Assembly (NCBI GenBank): GCA_963745835.1
Contig: CAVUZH010000022.1
Coordinates: forward strand, 320,001-384,000
Direction: 5' to 3'
Length of the DNA stretch: 64,000 bases
Origin: an uncultured delta proteobacterium
GTDB taxonomy: Bacteria; Desulfobacterota; Binatia; UBA9968
A program made the translations under genes and the position numbers. The stretch's first letter is position 1, and the number at the start of each line of letters is the position of its first letter. A model generated the notes under the pieces. The model ran no database searches and was not told where the DNA came from. It saw nothing but the letters and a program-made list of their open reading frames with translations. Below, piece by piece: positions 1 to 9,461 of the stretch.

Positions 1-185
1 ACGCCCGCGCGGCCCGTTCATAGGCTCGTATTTTGAACGGGTTCTCGCCCATGACGCTGAGCAACCGACCGACCTGCCTCAATTGTCCGGCTATATAAAA
101 TCTATCCTGCATTGGAAGGACTGCTCCAGATTTCCATACAGATTAACCGCCGCGCTCTGACGGGGCAATAGGGCTTCGACTACGA

Positions 186-653
186 TTAAGCTTTAGACGG
201 CATTTTGGGTAGCAGCTTAGCGAGCACCTCCAGGGTGGAGGCGACTTCCCCTAAGCCTAAAGCATTGGTAGGGTGACTCGCTAGAACGGGTGGCGCGGCT
301 TTTTGTCTGAGTTCCGGTAGTCTGCGCAGCATCTCTTCGCGGAGTATCAGCACCTCGGCTTTATATTTGTCCTCGTATTGAGCAAGCAGATGTTGCGTGG
401 CTTTGAGCGATTCATCATTGCACGATTGCCGGAGTTGATTTTTGGCTTGTTCAGTTTTAGCCAATTCGTTTTCTCTATCGCAGCGGCTTCGAAGCTTTTC
501 ATCCGTAGCCATCATTTCTCTGGCGAGAACGCGTAACGCGCGCGCCGTTGTTAATCCTTTTTCGGACAGATCCTCATTGGAAAGATCACGATAGCCCATA
601 GGCCCTGACCGAGCGGTCGGGCGCCAGCTCGTAAGAATCGCACCGACGAGCAC
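186..653 (-). CDS. hypothetical protein, probably membrane-anchored
   Basis: 155-aa ORF. The frame stays open about 100 nt further upstream, with a hydrophobic stretch (PFLLGLFFALGVLVGAIL). Start uncertain. Confidence 0.45.
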   Translation of the reverse strand: MLVGAILTSWRPTARSGPMGYRDLSNEDLSEKGLTTARALRVLAREMMATDEKLRSRCDRENELAKTEQAKNQLRQSCNDESLKATQHLLAQYEDKYKAEVLILREEMLRRLPELRQKAAPPVLASHPTNALGLGEVASTLEVLAKLLPKMPSKA

Positions 654-894
654 TCCGAGAGCGAAAAATAAACCGAGCAGGAACGGATGCTGTCGGATGG
701 TTTTTATTTGACTCGTTAGATTGATAACGCGCTTCTCCGCGACACCTCCTTTTTACCCGTCATTGGCAGGGAGTCAATGGATGTCACACGGCAGCGCCGG
801 AATTTCTGACAATATATTCAGTCAGATCCAGAGACGTGGATCGGGAAGCTTCAAAGCCAAGTAAGCCTGAGAAAGATTATATGGCTTTTCACGC

Positions 895-926
895 AAAAGG
901 CGGACGATGGTGCCACCGCCCGCCTC
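895..926 (-). terminator. probable intrinsic terminator of BON gene
   Basis: Imperfect inverted repeat AGGCGGACG...CGCCCGCCT with a T-run on the minus strand, downstream of the BON stop. Confidence 0.45.
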
Positions 927-953
927 TCGTTCTTTGAAGATAAACGTCGAAAG

Positions 954-1355
954 CTAATTGCTGGCAATCTCAAGTTGGTTCTCGACGTTCTTCACGCCGG
1001 CTACTTGTTTTGCCTTGCTCTCGATCGCTTTTTTCTCCTCCTGAGTCTTCACCGGGCCACGCAAGGTCACCTGACCGTCGTTGGTGATGATCTTCACGTT
1101 CTGGGCGTTGGTGGAAAGCTTGTCGTCATCGACAATGGATTTCCGTACTTCCTGCGTGATCTTTCGGTCGGCTTCGTTCTCCGATTGATCTCCCGCGGTC
1201 TTTGTTGCATCGTTGCGATCCCGCTCGTTTTTGGCGGTATTATCAGCCGCGACCGATGGCGAAGATTTAGATCCGGTTTGACCCGCTCGATCTTGCTCTT
1301 TAGAACAACCGAGCATTACAAAACCTGAAAAGAAAACGATCAGCAATAATTTCAT
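954..1355 (-). CDS. BON-domain (OsmY-like) lipoprotein
   Basis: Lipobox MLGC; BON motif NVKIITNDGQVTLRGPV...VAGVKNVENQL; AGGAGG RBS. Confidence 0.9.
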   Translation of the reverse strand: MKLLLIVFFSGFVMLGCSKEQDRAGQTGSKSSPSVAADNTAKNERDRNDATKTAGDQSENEADRKITQEVRKSIVDDDKLSTNAQNVKIITNDGQVTLRGPVKTQEEKKAIESKAKQVAGVKNVENQLEIASN

Positions 1356-1392
1356 GACGCCTCCTGAAAAAAATATTTCAGCGATACTACGC

Positions 1393-1407
1393 GCAACTGT
1401 TGTGCCA
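1393..1407 (-). promoter_or_regulatory. sigma54 -24/-12 promoter of BON gene
   Basis: Minus strand reads TGGCACAACAGTTGC, matching TGGCAC-N5-TTGC. Confidence 0.75.
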
Positions 1408-1533
1408 AGGGCGTTGAGAGGCTGCTCTTCAAAGTCTGCGAGGCTTTGCTGTTTCAGCCGTGGGACTTTTTCTCAAAACCGAGACGCATTTTTGGCGCCT
1501 GGGTTGGATGGAAAGGTTGTCAGATCACCGTAG

Positions 1534-2031
1534 CTAAAAGCTCATCAGCCGTTGAAATAGCCAGCCCAGCCCGACAAGCACAGCGATCAACAATAATAAA
1601 AGACCGCCGATTACCGCCAAAACAAACAGCCAATCCGCAGCCGCCGCGCCTTGACGGGGTTGGGTTGCGTAGCGCTCCAGCAACTGAGCATTTCTGACGT
1701 TGCTGCGGAACCAAATCGAAAAGAGATCTCCGACGAACGGAATAGCGCCGACAAGCGTATTCAACGCTATATTCAAAGCCATACGTAATAGGACTACTTT
1801 AGGCAGATTGAATTTCGCGCCAATGAAAAGAATCGCTGACCCCGCGAGATTGGCGAGGGTATCGCCGATGCCGGGTATTAGCCCGATAAGCGGATCGAGC
1901 CCAATCCGGATCGAGGTCCCAGGAATGGTAAAACGCTGATCGAGAAGCTCAGCGAGAAAGCGCGCAAAAAGTTGCGGCGCCGCATCCGAAGACGGCGCCG
2001 GCTGTTTTGCTTTAGGACGAGCCGCGCACAA
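1534..2031 (-). CDS. DUF4112 family membrane protein
   Basis: LLDQRFTIPGTSIRIGLDPLIGLIPGIGD and GAIPFVGDLF...RSNVRN motifs. Confidence 0.85.
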   Translation of the reverse strand: MCAARPKAKQPAPSSDAAPQLFARFLAELLDQRFTIPGTSIRIGLDPLIGLIPGIGDTLANLAGSAILFIGAKFNLPKVVLLRMALNIALNTLVGAIPFVGDLFSIWFRSNVRNAQLLERYATQPRQGAAAADWLFVLAVIGGLLLLLIAVLVGLGWLFQRLMSF

Positions 2032-2224
2032 TTATCGCTGCAACAGCTGTTCGCCGGTCACTTCCAGTTGGCTATTTTTCCAGGCGGCATACTCCTCGGC
2101 TCGTTGCTTTGCGTCCGGGCCGCAGAACAGCGCGGAAAATATTTCGTTGTGACTGGCTTCATTGACTCGCAATCGCAAGGAATTCCCCCGATCGCTCCTT
2201 GGATTCTTTGACTTCGTATTTCAT
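2032..2224 (-). pseudogene. small hypothetical gene (~63 aa) with one +1 frameshift
   Basis: AGGAGG RBS and ATG (MKYEVKESKERSGEFLAIA), continuing in the next frame as VNEASHNEIFSALFCGPDAKQRAEEYAAWKN...QR*; 193 nt = 64 codons + 1. Confidence 0.55.
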
Positions 2225-2522
2225 GCTTTTAACCTCCTGAATTCATACTGCGTCGGTGAAGCGCGCTCATCAAGACACCGCCGAGCGCTTTTTAGCGATT
2301 CTGGTCGGTTGCGCATGCAGCCGGATGAATGCGCTGCAATAAATCCTCGAAAAAAGATTTCGGCTGAAATGACGATCTCACGGTCGAGCACATATCTATC
2401 CGCATCGAGCTGCATAATAGAGACAACGACTCGGAAATAGCGATTGCATGATTCGCCCTTCGAATTGTATTTCGGTTCGGGATCTTGAGCAGGCACGAGG
2501 CTTCATGGGCGGAAACGACGGG

Positions 2523-3551
2523 CTAACCGGTAGCGTCATACAGGGTTTCCAATCTGGCGCGTCCGGTTTGCGCCAGCAAAGGCGCCCACAAATCACCTAG
2601 CTTGTGAATCCGCGCACGAACATTGCCGATGTGGAAGTCTTCGATACGCGGTCCCTTCTTCAGCTCCTTCCAGGTAATCGGAGTCGAAACGGTTGCTTTA
2701 GGCTGTGGTCTCACCGAGTAAATCGAGGATAAGGTTTGGCCCCAGGCGTTTTGATTATAATCAACCAGAACTCGCTTGTTCGGCCTCTTGGCGATTCGGT
2801 ATTCGGCGGTGATTAAATCCGGACGCAGAGCTGCCATGGTATTGGCAAACTTTTTAGCGACCGCCCAAACCTGCTTCTGGGTTGGCCCGCGCATGATCGG
2901 CACGTAGACATGAAAGCCCCTCGAGCCGGTAGTTTTAATCAGGGAGGGTAACTTCAAACTCTCCAAGGCGTCATGCACTACCGAGGCGGTCTCCAACATC
3001 TGCTCCCAGGTTGCACCTTTCACCGGATCGAGGTCGAAATGTAAATAATCCGGCCGATCGACATCATCGCAGCGAGCATACCAAGGATTTAGATCGATGC
3101 ATCCAAGATTGATAACCCATAGGAGCGAGGCGAGATCCCGAATCACCGGAAAGTCGATAACGTTCCCGGACGAATGCTCAATCGCGCAGGTCTCAATCCA
3201 CTCTGGGCGCGGCGATGGCGCGCGTTTCATGAAAAAGAATTCACCGGCGATGCCATGAGGATAGCGCTTCATAACCATCGCGCGATTGACCAGGTGGGGC
3301 AACAACACCGGCGCGACATCGGCATAGAACTGAAGCAGATCGCCTTTGGTTATTCCCAGATCAGGCCAAAATACTTTACGCAAATTGGTTAGCGTAATAT
3401 TTTTCTCTTCCAAATCGATTTCAACGCTGTCCCTGTCTTTGGGAATCTGCAACGGACTGGAGGCAGGGGTGCTCGGCCTCCGCGGTTTCGCACGATGCGT
3501 TGCCCGACGACGATCTCTCGTTGCCGTTTTGGAAGTTGGTTGTTGCCGCAT
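2523..3551 (-). CDS. ligD: NHEJ LigD polymerase (primase-polymerase) domain protein
   Basis: TNLRKVFWP, KRYPHG, RPDYLHFDLDP, KTTGSRGFHVYVP, VLVDYNQNAWGQT, YSVRP motifs. No ligase or phosphoesterase domain. ORF is open to 3674; ATG 3551 preferred. Confidence 0.88.
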   Translation of the reverse strand: MRQQPTSKTATRDRRRATHRAKPRRPSTPASSPLQIPKDRDSVEIDLEEKNITLTNLRKVFWPDLGITKGDLLQFYADVAPVLLPHLVNRAMVMKRYPHGIAGEFFFMKRAPSPRPEWIETCAIEHSSGNVIDFPVIRDLASLLWVINLGCIDLNPWYARCDDVDRPDYLHFDLDPVKGATWEQMLETASVVHDALESLKLPSLIKTTGSRGFHVYVPIMRGPTQKQVWAVAKKFANTMAALRPDLITAEYRIAKRPNKRVLVDYNQNAWGQTLSSIYSVRPQPKATVSTPITWKELKKGPRIEDFHIGNVRARIHKLGDLWAPLLAQTGRARLETLYDATG

Positions 3552-3697
3552 CAACGTAGCCAAAAGCAAAGCCTGAGCCAGCAGATCTTCATGCACCCGA
3601 GGGCTGACGGTTATAAGATGCGCGCAGAAATCATTGACAGAAGTTACGATAGCGGAACCGACTTCGTGTCCCAATAGCGAGAATAAAGAAATCGACC

Positions 3698-4480
3698 TTG
3701 CTTCAACGCAATTCGACCTTTACCCTAAATGAAATGGGAGAAGCAGCTAAAGGGATTCCGGATGAGAGCGAAGTCGAAACCGCTGAGAAAACTCGCGGCC
3801 CGCTGCTGAAATGTCTCCTGCTTGTTGCTCTGCTACTCGGGTTATCCATCGCCTGGCGCTGGACGCCGATCAGTGAATGGATCAATTTCAGAACTATCGT
3901 TGAATGGCAAAACTCCGTGCGCGCTCATCCGGCGGCGCTTTTATTCGTGGTCGGCACCTATTTAGTGGGAGGTCTGGTTCTCTTTCCGGTAACCATTCTC
4001 AACGTCGCCACGGTTTTTACCTTCGGCCCGATCCGGGGCAACGCCTATGGACTCGCAGGATGGCTTGCCAGTGCCGCACTGGGCTATGCTATAGGCCGGG
4101 CTTTCAAGCACAAGCTTTTTCACCGATTCGCCGGTCCGCGAATCGACCGGCTTCTCGAACAGGCGGCCGGCCATGGCTTTTTGGCTGTGCTTACTATGCG
4201 CCTCTTACCGGTAGCGCCGTTCACTCTGGTTAATATTTTTATCGGCACCATTCCGATTCGCTTCCGACACTTCATTATGGCCAGCATCGTCGGCAGAATA
4301 CCCGGTATAATCGTACTGACGTTTGCCGGACTTCAGCTCGAACAGGTTCTGCGCAATCCAGGGGTGGGCAGCTTCGTTGCTTTGATAGTGGTTTTAGCGT
4401 TGCTTCTCATCGCTGCGTCATGGTTCTTGAAACGCTTCAAAGAGCGCCATGAGCAGTCGACAAAATCTTCCCGGCCATGA
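3698..4480 (+). CDS. TVP38/TMEM64 (VTT/DedA-like) membrane protein
   Basis: Multiple TM helices; RLLPVAPFTLVN motif. Start may be ATG 3731. Confidence 0.85.
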   Translation: MLQRNSTFTLNEMGEAAKGIPDESEVETAEKTRGPLLKCLLLVALLLGLSIAWRWTPISEWINFRTIVEWQNSVRAHPAALLFVVGTYLVGGLVLFPVTILNVATVFTFGPIRGNAYGLAGWLASAALGYAIGRAFKHKLFHRFAGPRIDRLLEQAAGHGFLAVLTMRLLPVAPFTLVNIFIGTIPIRFRHFIMASIVGRIPGIIVLTFAGLQLEQVLRNPGVGSFVALIVVLALLLIAASWFLKRFKERHEQSTKSSRP

Positions 4481-4494
4481 ACCTTCGCGAGATA

Positions 4495-5316
4495 CTATTT
4501 GTTCAGATAAAGTTTTCGCGCAGCGCGGAAATGTGCCACCGCTTCGGCTTTCTCATTTAACGACTCGCACAACAAAGCTAAGTTATAGTGGGCATCGGCG
4601 AAGCTCGGATCGAGCTCGACTGCTTCCTGGTAAGCGCGGCGGGCGGCTTGGATTTGCCGCGCATCTTCAAGCAACACACCGAGATTGAATTTCGGCGCCG
4701 GGTCCTTCGGTGCGCTTTCGGCGGCAGCACGGTAGTGAGCTTCGGCTTTCTTGAGCTCACCGAGGTCATGATAAAGCTTTCCCAAATTTAGGTGCGCATC
4801 CGCCATTTTCGCATCTTGCTCTAGCGCCATGTGGTAAGCCCGTTGAGCTTCCTTGACTGAACTCTCCTCCAACTCCACGGCCACATCGAACCAATGTTGA
4901 GCGCTCAGTTTGCTGGCTTGCGGCTTTGCCGGAATTATCGGCGCGTTAAGCTTCTGCACCACGGCCTGGGCATCGAAGTTGAACAAAAATTGTCCGGAGT
5001 CGGGCTGCCAGCGAGCCTTGCCGTCCCACGCGATCACTCGTCGATTATCGGCATATATTTTCACGCTGGACAGATGTTGATCGCCGGGAAGCTGGCGCTT
5101 CAACGACAACAGCATGCGGATGATGTTTTTAGATGGAACGCGGGAGTCGAGGAGACCTTTGGCTGTCTTGAGAAAGAGAACGTCTTGAAACGTAAATTGC
5201 AGCGATTTCTTCTTGCCGCGGCCGGGCTTGAGAAATCCGGCGCGAACAAAAGAGCGGATGCGACTGCCTGGAAGGTTGAGAATCTTCGCCACCTCGCCGG
5301 TGGTGAACAGTTTCAT
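4495..5316 (-). CDS. MerR-type HTH plus TPR-repeat protein
   Basis: N-terminal FTTGEVAKILNL...FTFQDV HTH; C-terminal TPRs (ADAHLNLG, ADAHYNLA). ATGA overlap with Ku stop. Confidence 0.85.
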   Translation of the reverse strand: MKLFTTGEVAKILNLPGSRIRSFVRAGFLKPGRGKKKSLQFTFQDVLFLKTAKGLLDSRVPSKNIIRMLLSLKRQLPGDQHLSSVKIYADNRRVIAWDGKARWQPDSGQFLFNFDAQAVVQKLNAPIIPAKPQASKLSAQHWFDVAVELEESSVKEAQRAYHMALEQDAKMADAHLNLGKLYHDLGELKKAEAHYRAAAESAPKDPAPKFNLGVLLEDARQIQAARRAYQEAVELDPSFADAHYNLALLCESLNEKAEAVAHFRAARKLYLNK

Positions 5317-6170
5317 TTCTTACCGGATTGAGCTCTCTTTTTGGCCTTCTCGGGCTGAGCCGCCTTCGCCCGAACTGCCGGCTTCTTTTCCTGCGGAACT
5401 TTTTTGCCGAGACTTTCCTTGAGCGCGGCCACCAAGTCGATGACCTGAGCCCGCGGCGCCGGGGGCGCGGCGATGGTGATTTGTTTTCCCTCCGCCTTGC
5501 TGTTGATCAGCTCCAGAACACGGTCGCGGTATTCGTCCTCATATTTTTCCGGGCTGAACTGCTCGCTCGAAAGCTCCTCGATAAGCCTGAGCGCCAGGTT
5601 GGTTTCCGCATCCGTGACCTTGGCCGATTCGCCTTTACCTATCTCACCAAAATTACGCACCTCGTCGGCGAAATACATCGCGTGAAGCATCAGGCCATTC
5701 TGCGCCGAGCGCACCAGCACTAAATTTTCTTTGCCGCGCATGACGAACTTGGCTAAGGCAACCTTGCCGGCTTGCGCCATCGCATCGGACAACAAACGAT
5801 AAGGTTTTTCGCCCCCCTTGTCGGGGCCCAGATAATAACTCTTTTCGAAGTAAACAGGATCAACCTGTGAAAGCGGCACAAATTCGGCAATCTGGATGGC
5901 ATTGGACGCCTCGTCCTCAAGCGCTTTCAACTCCTCGTCCTGGATCTTGACGTATTGATCCTTGGCAAACTCGTAGCCTTTAACCAGATCATCGCGCTCG
6001 ACCACCTCATTACAGACCGGACAAAAGCGCTGTTGCCGGATCCGATTGCCGCATCTGGCGTGAAGCAAATTGAAGCTCACCGACTGCGAGGAGGCGGCTG
6101 AGTAAAGTCTAACGGGAATTGATACTAAACCGAAGGAAATCGTACCGGAACCAATAGAATGCGGGGGCAT
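5313..6170 (-). CDS. ku: NHEJ protein Ku
   Basis: GTISFGLVSIPVRLY, LVKGYEF, VDPVYFEKSYYLGP, VIDLVAALKESL; basic C-terminal tail. Confidence 0.95.
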   Translation of the reverse strand: MPPHSIGSGTISFGLVSIPVRLYSAASSQSVSFNLLHARCGNRIRQQRFCPVCNEVVERDDLVKGYEFAKDQYVKIQDEELKALEDEASNAIQIAEFVPLSQVDPVYFEKSYYLGPDKGGEKPYRLLSDAMAQAGKVALAKFVMRGKENLVLVRSAQNGLMLHAMYFADEVRNFGEIGKGESAKVTDAETNLALRLIEELSSEQFSPEKYEDEYRDRVLELINSKAEGKQITIAAPPAPRAQVIDLVAALKESLGKKVPQEKKPAVRAKAAQPEKAKKRAQSGKK

Positions 6171-6345
6171 GATGCTTCCTCCTTCAAGTCTAACCCAGGC
6201 TCAGGCAAAACCACGAGCGAACAAGAACCTTGTCCTCTATTATAACAGGCGCGGCAAATTTGAAATAGCTGCTGAGTTATGATTTAGTGAGTGAAATTTG
6301 TCCCGCCTAACGCGCTGACGCGCAGAACGAGGAGAGAAAGACCCG

Positions 6346-7035
6346 ATGAGACGTCCTCTGGCTGTTATCTTCAACCTAGTGATCTGCCTATCAATCTCGG
6401 CACTACCTCCCCTTGCATGGTCTTTGCCGCTACCTTCCGAGTCTTCTCTCCGGGAACTTATTCCTCTGGCCAGCTGGCAGAAAGAATTTAAGATCACCGA
6501 GGGCAAAGACCGCGGCAAAGTGGTCCCGCTCACGTCCGAACCCGACCTTGCCAATGGAAAACGATGGAAGCTCATTTTCGGCAACTACGCTGCCGTCCAT
6601 GTGGTTCGAGAACCCGGCGGCGCATTGACGATGAAGCGACTCGACTTGCCAAACAGCCGGAGTTTTATCATCTATGATTCGGCTCTGCCGGTGATGCCCA
6701 GCGACGTCAAATCCTCCGACCTTATTCATCGGGAGACCGGTTACAAGATGTACAGTCTTGCCACCGGCAAGCTCAAGCGCGCCGGGCGGGTGACGCACCA
6801 GGTAAAGCCCGCCTCATCGTCGCAGTTCGACACTCCCGCCGGCCGCCTCGACGGCTACTATGTGGAGATCGATCACCGCATGGATATGGAATACTACAGC
6901 CAATTGCATCTGACACTCGGGCTCGGATGCCAATTGGACCAGGGACCGGTTTACGGCTCGGGGCAGTACACATTGACTAAACTGGGTGTTTTTAGCGAAA
7001 GTAAAACCGCCGGAGCCGTGCTGGTTGCGCAATGA
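6346..7035 (+). CDS. secreted hypothetical protein
   Basis: GAGGAG RBS, signal peptide, 229-aa ORF; contains FDTPAGRLDGY. Confidence 0.65.
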   Translation: MRRPLAVIFNLVICLSISALPPLAWSLPLPSESSLRELIPLASWQKEFKITEGKDRGKVVPLTSEPDLANGKRWKLIFGNYAAVHVVREPGGALTMKRLDLPNSRSFIIYDSALPVMPSDVKSSDLIHRETGYKMYSLATGKLKRAGRVTHQVKPASSSQFDTPAGRLDGYYVEIDHRMDMEYYSQLHLTLGLGCQLDQGPVYGSGQYTLTKLGVFSESKTAGAVLVAQ

Positions 7036-7319
7036 CCGACAGCTTTTTTGATTAGACACAGCGCAACACCCGGGGTCACCCGATACCAAACAACTACCGT
7101 TCTACCGGATCAAACCATAACCAAAATTATTGCTGCACGGTCGTGCGTCACCTGCTGAGGATTCTGTGAGCACGAGGTCGTGAAGGCTTAGTGGCACTTC
7201 GAGTCGCCGCGATTAGAGTTGTCTCGGCTGGCTGTCGCCGAATCCCGCCATACCTTGATAAATCGCGCGCCACCTGCGCGCGGCTTCTTGCACCATCAAA
7301 CGGCACATACTATTGAATA

Positions 7320-7946
7320 TTGTCAAACCTGAGTATGAGGACCGCCTTTCTCCTACTGACAATTCTTTTCGTCCTCAGCCATGCTGCTTGCAAAAGACCG
7401 ATGACCGCAATAACTGAAGTACACAAAGGCAGACAAGCTCTCATCGCCGGCAAAGCGCAGGCCGCCCTCGCTCATTTCCAACGCGCCACCGAGCTCGACC
7501 CTGACTTCTTGTATTTCAGCACGCTTCCACAATCCGCGGTCACCTATAGCGGTCGCGCTCTTTACCAGTTGGGAAGGTTTTCGGAAGCGCGCCAAGCCTT
7601 CGAGCAGGCGACGTTACGATTTGTCGACGATGCGATGGCGCGACTCTATCTTGGTATCACATTAGTGCGTCAGGACCATCGGGAACGTGGTCTTCAGGAG
7701 ACTACGGCCGGACTAAAAGCCATTTACCAATGGCTGGACTATATCGAAGCCAATTTGCCCCAGGGAATTTACTGGGATAGTAATCGAGAAGTTAGATCTG
7801 AGATCGAGCGCGTTTTGAAGCAGATCACCGATCGTCGATTGAGCATCGAGCAACTGATCGAAACCGCCGAATGGGTCGGCAATCGGCTAGAATGGGAGAT
7901 CGACGCTGCGCGACGAGACGAGCAAATGAGCCGAAATAGGGAGTAA
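7320..7946 (+). CDS. TPR-repeat lipoprotein
   Basis: Lipobox-like HAAC; TPR patterns ALAHFQRATELDP, GRALYQLGRFSEARQAFE. Confidence 0.75.
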   Translation: MSNLSMRTAFLLLTILFVLSHAACKRPMTAITEVHKGRQALIAGKAQAALAHFQRATELDPDFLYFSTLPQSAVTYSGRALYQLGRFSEARQAFEQATLRFVDDAMARLYLGITLVRQDHRERGLQETTAGLKAIYQWLDYIEANLPQGIYWDSNREVRSEIERVLKQITDRRLSIEQLIETAEWVGNRLEWEIDAARRDEQMSRNRE

Positions 7947-8149
7947 TGCGCATGAACTTCAAGCCGCTCGATGAATCCGTTGACCCGGTGGTGCGAAGAC
8001 CTCAGCTCTGTTTCAGCACCATGTGAGTTTATGATTCGCGAATGTTTTATGTTTGACGCTCCTCTGCGGCTGCCTTATTTGTTCAAACAAATTTTGACTT
8101 CGCTTGAGTGACGAACACAGAATGAATCGATCCAGAAAAGAAGCACATC

Positions 8150-8282
8150 CTAGCAGACTGCTGAAAAAGACCCGTATACTTCGTTGCCGCTCAATCGCCT
8201 CGCTGCGACGCAATGTAAGTACGCCTCCGCTCGTCGATTTTTCGCGCGCCTCGCCTCTGGATCTTTTTCAGCAGCCTCCTAG
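8150..8282. mobile_element. MITE/REP-like element with terminal inverted repeats (copy 1)
   Basis: CTAGCAGACTGCTGAAAAAGA ... TCTTTTTCAGCAGCCTCCTAG: 21-bp inverted repeats with 2 mismatches. A related copy lies at 23295. Confidence 0.7.
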
Positions 8283-8316
8283 AACAGGTCGAACCACGAT
8301 CAGGCTGCCTTGCGGG

Positions 8317-9372
8317 TTGCGCGCTTCAGTTTTTTCACGGCATCGGCTCATTGGCAATGCCTTGTTGCTGATCGGCATGGCCGTCCGAATGCTATTCGGC
8401 GCTCAAGCCGGCGCGGCCTCTTTGCAATCGCCGCCATCTTCAATGACTCAGGCGGAAGTCATCCTCGCGCAAGCATCTCCTCGTGCGAGCCGGCCCCTGA
8501 GGGTCGCTTATCTCAGCACATCGGCGACAATGGCGTCGCTGTGGATGGCTAAAGAGATCGGCGGCTTTGCCAAAGTGGGCGTCGAAGTCGAAGTTTTGTC
8601 GATGGCGTCGAGTGTCGCCATACCGGCGCTCATCGCCAACGAAATCGATGCGGTTCAAGTCTCGGCGGCACCGGTAATTACCGCTTCCTTGCGCGGTCAC
8701 GACGTCGTCTTTGTCGCCGGACTGCTCAATACGATGATCTGGGACTTTTATGCGCGACCGGAAATAAAAAGCCCGGAACAAATCAAGGGCAAGCTGGTCG
8801 GCACCGACCGGCCGGCCACACCGGTGGCTTACGGCACCCTGGTAGCTCTCAAAAAAATGGGGCTCACGCCGAAAGACGTGCAACTGTTTCCTCTCGGCAG
8901 CAGTGCCCAGGTCGTTGCCGCTCTCCACAGCGGTCAGATTATCGGCGGCCTGGGCGCGCCTCCCGCCAGCTTTGTCCTGGAGCGTGCCGGCTTTCGTTCC
9001 ATGGTGAATTTACTGGATGTTCCCTATCAGAATGTCGGGATTGTCGTGCGGCGCAGTCGCATGGACGAGCTCGGCTCGCGCTTGGTGCCGCTCTTGCGCT
9101 CGGTGCGCGCCGGTATCGATCGATATTACAGCGACAAACCCTTCGCCATGAAGGTCATCGGCAAATACACCAAAGAAGCCGATGCCGACGTGCTCGACAA
9201 GACCTATGAGTTTTATCGGCGCGCGGGCTTCAGACGCGAGCTGGTAATTTCCGAGCCCGGTGTTCAGGGCATTCTCGATTTCCTGTCGGAAACCATCCCC
9301 GAAGCAAAGAAAGCGGCACCGGGGCAGTTTTTCGATGACCGGTTCGTGCGTCAAGTTAACAGCGCCAAATGA
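8317..9372 (+). CDS. ABC transporter substrate-binding protein, NMT1/SsuA family
   Basis: LWMAKEIGGFAK.GVEVE, IKGKLVG, FFDDRFV. The ORF extension to 8104 runs through the MITE; true start ~8317-8377. Confidence 0.85.
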   Translation: MRASVFSRHRLIGNALLLIGMAVRMLFGAQAGAASLQSPPSSMTQAEVILAQASPRASRPLRVAYLSTSATMASLWMAKEIGGFAKVGVEVEVLSMASSVAIPALIANEIDAVQVSAAPVITASLRGHDVVFVAGLLNTMIWDFYARPEIKSPEQIKGKLVGTDRPATPVAYGTLVALKKMGLTPKDVQLFPLGSSAQVVAALHSGQIIGGLGAPPASFVLERAGFRSMVNLLDVPYQNVGIVVRRSRMDELGSRLVPLLRSVRAGIDRYYSDKPFAMKVIGKYTKEADADVLDKTYEFYRRAGFRRELVISEPGVQGILDFLSETIPEAKKAAPGQFFDDRFVRQVNSAK

Positions 9373-9461
9373 TCTTGCTTGCAGTCACAGTGTGCTATTC
9401 TCAAATCGACAACAACACTCTCCGTCTCAAGCGCTAGTTACCAGCGGCTATTGGAGGTCAG

